41,458 bases of DNA from Octopus bimaculoides. Its lineage: Eukaryota. Under the pieces are notes generated by a model. It was not told where the DNA came from, ran no database searches, and saw only the letters and a program-made list of their open reading frames with translations. Numbering within the stretch: position 1 is the stretch's first letter; each line of letters starts with the position of its first letter. The position numbers and the translations under genes were made by a program. The stretch covers positions 10,070,005-10,111,462 of the forward strand of contig NC_068992.1 of assembly GCF_001194135.2 (NCBI RefSeq), read 5' to 3'. Below are positions 34,718 to 41,458 of this stretch, one piece after another.

Positions 34718-36207
34718 CAATGGCGGCTCGTGTATAGGCACTGCGGAACCACAGCACCCGTTATTTTCACTCATTACCATCGATAACATTCAATATAATG
34801 AGTCTTTTCTTCTTTAATTCTTTCTTTTTACTTGTATATTATATAATCCTTAAGCTTCATGTCAGTAGCCATCCCTTCGTTCATGAAAAATTATGAAAAT
34901 CGTTGTATGGAACTGTGTGCTTCACAGTTCAAGCAATGTTTGGCTGTTGTGTGAACGTATCCGAGGAAAGAAGCTGTACACTCGTTAGAGGGAGCCCTGT
35001 CCCTCGTGTAGTGCAGACCCTGTTATCCGAGTGTAAGGTAGAATTTAATTTTGACTCAGATTGTGTTGTGCTTGAAAACCGTGAAGCATATTCGTGAATA
35101 TGATAAACTGTAGATGATTATCATGCTTCCAGCTATTCTATCTACTTCACAATTGTTTTGGTTGTTTTATTTTATAGAAAATATAATAATTTAACCACGA
35201 CCTCCTTGCATCCCCAAGAAATAAGTTCTGTGACAGTAAGTGAACTTTAGCTTAAGTTTTTACAGTTGTCTCTCTATGAGCAAAGAGGCCACTGAACACC
35301 TGATATTCAAATATCTCATCCAGGAATAAGTAACAATAAGAGGTATATTCACAGCTTTCATTATGAACGGTACCAACGGAAAAGTTGGCTCTGCGGCTGT
35401 GAAGTGAAAAATGCATTGCTTTACTTCCCGTGTTTGCTGTTTGGTGATGTAACGTGAAAGTAAAAACCGAAAAACAGAAGTTAAAGAAGCATGTTGAAAA
35501 TGTGGCTTCACTGTCGCTTTTAGGAAACGTAATTATTAGGAAGAAACTACAGACTTTCAATCAATGAGCACAACATGAAGGTTATAAAGAACTGTGAAAT
35601 TTTATCCAGATTAATAGACTGTATTTTATTTTGTGGAAACTTCCAAGCTTCCCTTACGTGGACATGATGTAAAAGATGATTCAGTAAATCCAGAGGTATT
35701 TAGAGGATTAATAAATTTTGCACCTAAATTACATCCAATTTTGAAGAATCACTAAGGAACCAGTACGGTTTTCAAAAGTGTTTCTAAACCCATTCAGAAT
35801 GAGTCACTTGACTGCCTGCTACAAATATACCATCAGGACTGAAATTAGAGAAGCTTAATTTGTAACCGTCATGGCTGATGACACAACAAATGTTTCGGAA
35901 CACACTCAAATGGTCATTGTTCTACTGTACGTGTTGAAGGAAGAAATATTTGAGCGTTTTTGGGGATTCTTCATTCCAGAAAATTAAACTCCAGATGACA
36001 TATCAAAATATATTCTAGAACAATCTTATAATAATTCTGCTTGTCATTGCGTTACTTAGCCCGTCGGTAACGCTTTCACGTGATTAGAGAAAAGGGGAAA
36101 GAAAGAAAAGAGAGAGAGAGAAAAAGAGGGAGAGAAAAAATTAGGAGGGAGAGAGAAGCGTCCATGACGTGAGGCAAAGCAGAAAGAAAGAGNNNNNNNN
36201 NNGAAAG

Positions 36208-36254
<47 letters not shown>

Positions 36255-37230
36255 TGTCCATGATGTGAAGTAGGAGGAACGTAATTTTAGCAGAGGGGTG
36301 AGGTTAAAGAAAGGCAGAGACAGAAAGAGAGAGAGAGAGGGAGAGAGGGAGAGAAAGAGGGAGAGAGAGATGATGATGATGGTGATGGGGGTAGTGGTAG
36401 CCGTGGTGGTGGTGGTGGTGATTGGATAGTGAAAAGTGTATTTTTAATTGAACTAAGTATTTTTATACCACTTATCACTTAACGCATGCGCGTAAGTGCA
36501 ATTCCACGAAAATTCTCGCTTATTTACCTGGCAGATATATGCAATTTAATTAAAAGTTGTCTCATATGTACGAGATATTTTCTTGTTTATGGGAAAAATG
36601 GAAAAATAAGAGTGCATATTTATTTTATGAGTGCTGTGTATTAAGTCTATAATATTGTGCATAAAGTTTTAAAATATAAAGTGTATGAATTAATCATCGT
36701 ATTCCAATTTCTTTCACTTTTCAGTGAAAAGCAGATGGCCGACTGTCTTTCCATACAGACACAACACAGATTACGCTTGCAGATTTTTTGGATAACATTT
36801 TCAGAAATAAGCTAGTAGGTTTTACTATTAATTCCGTGAAATATTCACGGGTTCCGCTAGTGAGAAATAATCCTTCAAGGAAAAAGACAAAAACTGATAG
36901 CTCAGACATTTGATGGTACAAATGTCACGAAAGGCAAAAAAGCAGGAGTTCAAGCAAATATAGAATTAGTTTATAATAATGCACATTTCATTCACTGTTA
37001 TGCACATCGACTTAATTTAATAACGAAAAATGCAGTAAGAATTACACGGAAACGCAAGAATATTTCTCTCTAACATTTTGGCTATTCCAACATTCTTCTC
37101 AAGATTAGCGCAACGTGTATCCATTCTCAAGAAGCATATGGACGTCAGTGTTTCACGTCCATCCTCTACAAGGTGGAACTTTAATAAAGTTCATGAAAAT
37201 TTGCAATCTTTAAACAGTCATCCAGGGATC
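34718..37230 (+). mobile_element. Decayed hAT DNA transposon (TTF-type zinc finger + DUF4371 transposase), interrupted at 36024-36860
   Basis: Candidate left TIR caatggcggctcgtg at 34718; YQRKSWLCGCEVKNALLYFPCLLFG; LRGHD...IQNESLDC; VMADDTTNVS..QMVIVLLYV...ERFWGF; AQTFDG...GVQ...HFIHCYAHRLNL; STRWN; many stops and frameshifts. Right TIR not seen. Confidence 0.88.
36024..36860 (+). mobile_element. Non-autonomous Helitron nested in the hAT transposase
   Basis: Starts TC (A|TCTTATAATAA), ends CTAG|T, hairpin CCGTGAA-ata-TTCACGG (36834-36850) 10 nt before the end; no TSD; removing it rejoins the hAT frame (ILEQ|*EIILQGKRQKLIAQTFDG). Confidence 0.85.
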
Positions 37231-37621
37231 AAGGAGAAAATTATTAACCTTTTCGCTCAAGGTAAAACAAAAAAAAAAAAAAAAAANNNNNNNNNNNNNN
37301 NNNNNNNNNNNNNNNNNNNNNNNNNNNNNNNNNNNNNNNNNNNNNNNNNNNNNNNNNNNNNNNNNNNNNNNNNNNNNNNNNNNNNNNNNNNNNNNNNNNN
37401 NNNNNNNNNNNNNNNNNNNNNNNNNNNNNNNNNNNNNNNNNNNNNNNNNNNNNNNNNNNNNNNNNNNNNNNNNNNNNNNNNNNNNNNNNNNNNNNNNNNN
37501 NNNNNNNNNNNNNNNNNNNNNNNNNNNNNNNNNNNNNNNNNNNNNNNNNNNNNNNNNNNNNNNNNNNNNNNNNNNNNNNNNNNNNNNNNNNNNTATATAT
37601 ATATATGTATATATATATATG

Positions 37622-37655
<34 letters not shown>

Positions 37656-40600
37656 TACCTTTTTAAATAAAAAATACCGTAAATATTACTCATTGTGCCC
37701 CACCAGCTAATCTGTAATAACATCTTTAGTTATAGTTTAGGCTTATGAGAGAAAAAACAGTGATTAATTTTTTTTTCTTTTGAGAATAGAATAATACAAA
37801 AGAGAGCTGCCAGCCATCTTAATCAGCCAATTCATTCGAAAAACACGAACAAAAACAAGCAAAAACAAAAACAACAACGAGAAACAAACAAAGAAATGAA
37901 CAAAGAAAAATAAGAAAAATGTATTTAATCTTCATTGGCGCCGTCGGCATTCCCTTGTCATTGAGGATGCTTTTAAGAATTCTGAAAACCTGGTATGCTG
38001 GATCCTCGCAGTTCTTTGTGTTCAAAACCGCCATACTGCTGTTCCGAGAGAAGCTTAATCTGATAACAGAGAGATTCGAGTTCCACAGATTGCCATCGTC
38101 TACCTTGACTCGAAGAGATTCCAATACTGCAATCTGCTGTCGTCCACTTGGATACTTTATATCAGAGTGTGAGGTTGAATGAAAAGGTTATCGGTGGGAT
38201 TTGAACCCCTTGGGCGGAATACGAACTCAGAACGCTAAGATCCGGAACATATACTGCAAGGCATTTCATTCGACGCTCTAATGACTGCTAATTTACATGA
38301 ATTTGCATTAAGCTATAGTCTAAAAGTTGTGTATTATTTTCAAACAAAACAGGAATGAAGACATGTTCAATTATTCCTTAGTGAGCACCAACTTCCCACG
38401 CCAAAAGATTTCCCAAGTGCATGCATAATCTAATTGGCCTCACCATTCATATAAGTGAAGACGTGTGCATAAATTTCAATCGAAAACTTACAGAAGGCAG
38501 CGTAAAAGTTTCGACCATTTATTTAGATAATTGACTTCCCAACCTACATTAGTCAAGGGTTTTTTTTCTGCTTATTTGTTTTATTTACCTGTTTTATTTA
38601 TTTAACCGTTTTGAAACGCGTTACTTTCAACATATTGAAACAAGTTATTTTGAGATTCACAGCGAATCATTAGCATTAAAAATATAGTCTAATACATATA
38701 TATTTTTGCAAGCTGTTTCATGTAGTTTACTTTGTGTTTTAAAACACTCATTATCTACTTAATCTGTTCATGAAACCAATTTCATGTTAAAAAGTTTAAT
38801 CAAGATAAAGCGAAATGAAAGAAAATTGTCTTTCTACGAATTTGTAACAACAAATTTTTCGTCACTTCTTCCATTCCATGTTACTCTACTTTCAGACTCT
38901 ATACAGGAATATATCACAAAATTTAGTGAATGTCAAACGTGACGGAATATCCGTTTTTATACACCGTATCACAATACTCTGTTGTCATCAGTATCTTATT
39001 TTTAGTTTCTTTACTCAGCATTTTCTTTGCCAAAATTAATGAAAAATCAGCACTTTCAAAAGGCCAGATATCTTAGAGGAATGTGATGCATTTATAATCA
39101 ATCAAATTATAAATAAAACTTTTAAAATGAAGCAGAAAATAACGCCAGGAAGCGAAAACTTGTTATAAAAATATTCGTGAATTAAATATATTCACAATAG
39201 AATAAGTACGTTGACAACATTGTAAATAAGTCAATTTACAGACAATGGTAAATCTCAACGACAGGACGCCATTTTATTGACCAAAGGAAAAAAGAAAATT
39301 TATAATGTGTAACATTGGTTTCATTCAAACTAGAATAGGAAGAAGGCCTATTTAAATTTTAGAGAATGGAGTTAATATCGATGGAGTCAAACTCAACAAT
39401 ATATATATGTATGTATGTATATATGTATGTATATATATGTAAATATATATATATATATATATACATACCCACATACATATATATATATGTATGTATATAN
39501 NNNNNNNNNTATATATATGTATGTATATATATGTATATATTGGTTCTGTAGGGATGGAAGACAAAATTGACTTAGGAGGGAAAATAGAATAGATAAAACT
39601 AAATGCGATAATTTCATTTAATATGCCATGTTACCCTGTTTTGACTACCCATAAGGACCAAGTTTAAAGAGTGGCTGTGAAATGCTAAAGCTCTATCTTT
39701 CCAAACGGCCGTAAGCTTTTCAGGTGAAGTGAAATAGCTTCAATTAAAAATCGACATGATGTCGCTGTCTATATTCTCCAGGAACCGACCATAATATTAC
39801 GCAGTCGTAATATTTATGGATTGTTACTGAAATAAAAGAGAAAACCTGGAAATAATACGGTAAATATAAAAATAAGCTATTCTTTAGAGAGTCGTTTTAT
39901 TTTCCACATGATTCAACAATTGGATCTGTTTATCCCCACGCAACAAATTTACCGTCTTTTATTCCTCCAAGAAACGCAATTTGGTGTGATCATTTCATGA
40001 AATATCTGCAACTTGATATTAGATTCATTTTGTTCTGGAAATTTAGTTTTCCATTAATTTCCTTTCTTGCATACAATATTTCCCGACCCAAAATAATTTA
40101 GACTAAGATGAGGGAAAAGAATTATTTTAATGTCATGTGTCTAATAATAAGCAGCCATGATAAATATTTACTAATTATTCGAAAACGAAACAAAAATAAA
40201 TGATTTTTTTCCTTCTAAAATGGGTTGCAGTCCAATAGCCCGAAGAAAATATCGAAATATAATTTAAATTTGTATTAACTTATGAATAATCTTTTAAAAT
40301 AGAGATTCTTTAAATGCTTCAATGACAATATCCAGAGGAAAACCCCAGCACAACCTGAAAGTTCGTTTTGTATTGAATGAATAGTAAGTATGACGAGTTT
40401 GCGAGTTTGGTTTCATTTTCTGTAGCCAATACTTCTCTCTTCACTGATAATCGACATGAACTAAATAAATCTTGCGATATAGATTAATGTCTGTCCGTAT
40501 TCTTTAAACATTGAGTCTCAGTTCATATCTTAAGTTTGAGCGAAGTCTTTTGTCAGCGTTCATTCGAACTGTTATTTTTCTTGCTGTTCTGTAACATGGT

Positions 40601-40808
40601 GCAAAATAACTGCCACCATTAAAAAAAAAAAAAAAAATGTGTATGCTTATTTTGTTTGTTTGCTTGCTTGTTTCTGATCGTTTCCATTTGTAAATAATTT
40701 AATACAATTTTTTTTCTCTGTGAATGTTTTCAGGTCATTTAATATATTTGTTTAACACGAAGTTACTATAATTTTTTCTTCAGTTTCCGTGAAATTGCAA
40801 TATTTACA

Positions 40809-41162
40809 TTAGCTGGACGATTGCTGTCGCATCGCTTCTGTATAGAAAGTTAAGCACATTACATATTCGTTTCGACTGGGATCACAATAATGAACACAGC
40901 TCAAAATGATATGTCTATTTAAACAATAAGAACATATAAGGTTACAATATGCATTGCCCGATTGTCTTGGAATTCTCCGTGGGATGCTATTCTCTGGTAA
41001 GCTATGAACTTTGTTAGCACGCTTAAAAAGTGTGTTTTCTCGGTAAAATCTTGGATTGATTTGGTTCAAATGTAGGTTTTGTGTTTGGTCAGGTGATCGC
41101 CAACACCGATACTGTTGGATGTATGCAAAACCAAGCAAACTGAGCCAGACAATTCGGTACAT
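40809..41162 (-). CDS. Putative secreted cysteine-rich prepropeptide (neuropeptide/hormone- or toxin-like), 117 aa, unassigned
   Basis: Strong acceptor tttttccgctttgtctatttccAG|A directly before ATG (41162). MYR + hydrophobic IVWLSLLGFAYI signal-like N-terminus; KR at residues 47-48 and RRIPR at 62-66; then QSGNAYCNLICSYCLNRHIILSCVHYCDPSRNEYVMCLTFY with six regularly spaced Cys; open frame to TAA at 40809. Confidence 0.7.
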   Translation of the reverse strand: MYRIVWLSLLGFAYIQQYRCWRSPDQTQNLHLNQINPRFYRENTLFKRANKVHSLPENSIPRRIPRQSGNAYCNLICSYCLNRHIILSCVHYCDPSRNEYVMCLTFYTEAMRQQSSS

Positions 41163-41342
41163 TCTGGAAATAGACAAAGCGGAAAAATACATAAATATTA
41201 CTCGGATGTCTTAGTTATAGCTGATGACGGCCAAGGTATTCGACGTAAGCGTTGTAATAGACGTTATAAAAAAAACAAGAGAGGTAGAAACACTAAAATC
41301 ACCTCTGACGCACTCCATCAATTACTGAGTCTGTGTGTTGCT

Positions 41343-41458
41343 GCGTAATCACGTAACCGTGTTACGTAATTGCGTAACCGTGTTACGTAATTGCGTAACC
41401 GTGTTACGTAATTGCGTAACCGTGTTACGTAATTGCGTAACCGTGTTACGTAATTGCG
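41343..41458. repeat. 21-bp near-palindromic tandem array, about 5 perfect copies, runs off window end
   Basis: Unit gcgtaaccgtgttacgtaatt repeated without mismatch from about 41352. Confidence 0.97.

Noticed and set aside
41115-41348. 77-aa basic ORF on +
   Set aside because: Overlaps the better-supported minus-strand peptide exon and its intron; no domain features.
41343-41458. Palindromic direct repeats resembling a CRISPR array
   Set aside because: No spacers between units, no cas genes, and a eukaryotic context.

Overview
AT-rich, microsatellite- and retroposon-dense animal genomic DNA with spliceosomal introns and many assembly gaps. The SINE families and repeat style point to an octopod cephalopod (Octopus-like); this is inferred from recognition, not from a search. 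Most ORFs in the supplied track are translations of microsatellites or N-gaps. Two host coding units are supportable. (1) The last five coding exons of AP5B1 (AP-5 adaptor complex beta subunit) lie on + at 88-5774 and splice in phase into a 194-aa C-terminal fragment. (2) An intact, apparently single coding exon on - at 41162-40809 encodes a 117-aa signal-peptide-bearing precursor with KR and RxxR sites and a C-terminal six-cysteine domain (C-x3-C-x2-C-x8-C-x3-C-x9-C). I cannot assign it to a named gene and it is the best candidate for something undescribed. A perfect, near-palindromic 21-bp CpG-rich tandem array sits about 180 bp into its upstream intron. The 6-38 kb interval is mostly transposon relics: Tx1/L1-like LINE pieces, an R4/Dong-like 3' end, a DD34D mariner, a Helitron Rep fragment, and a hAT (TTF-zinc finger/DUF4371) split by a non-autonomous Helitron at an A|T site. 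There are also many tRNA-type SINEs, one with a perfect 18-bp target-site duplication and a 3' tail shared with LINE 3' ends in this same window.
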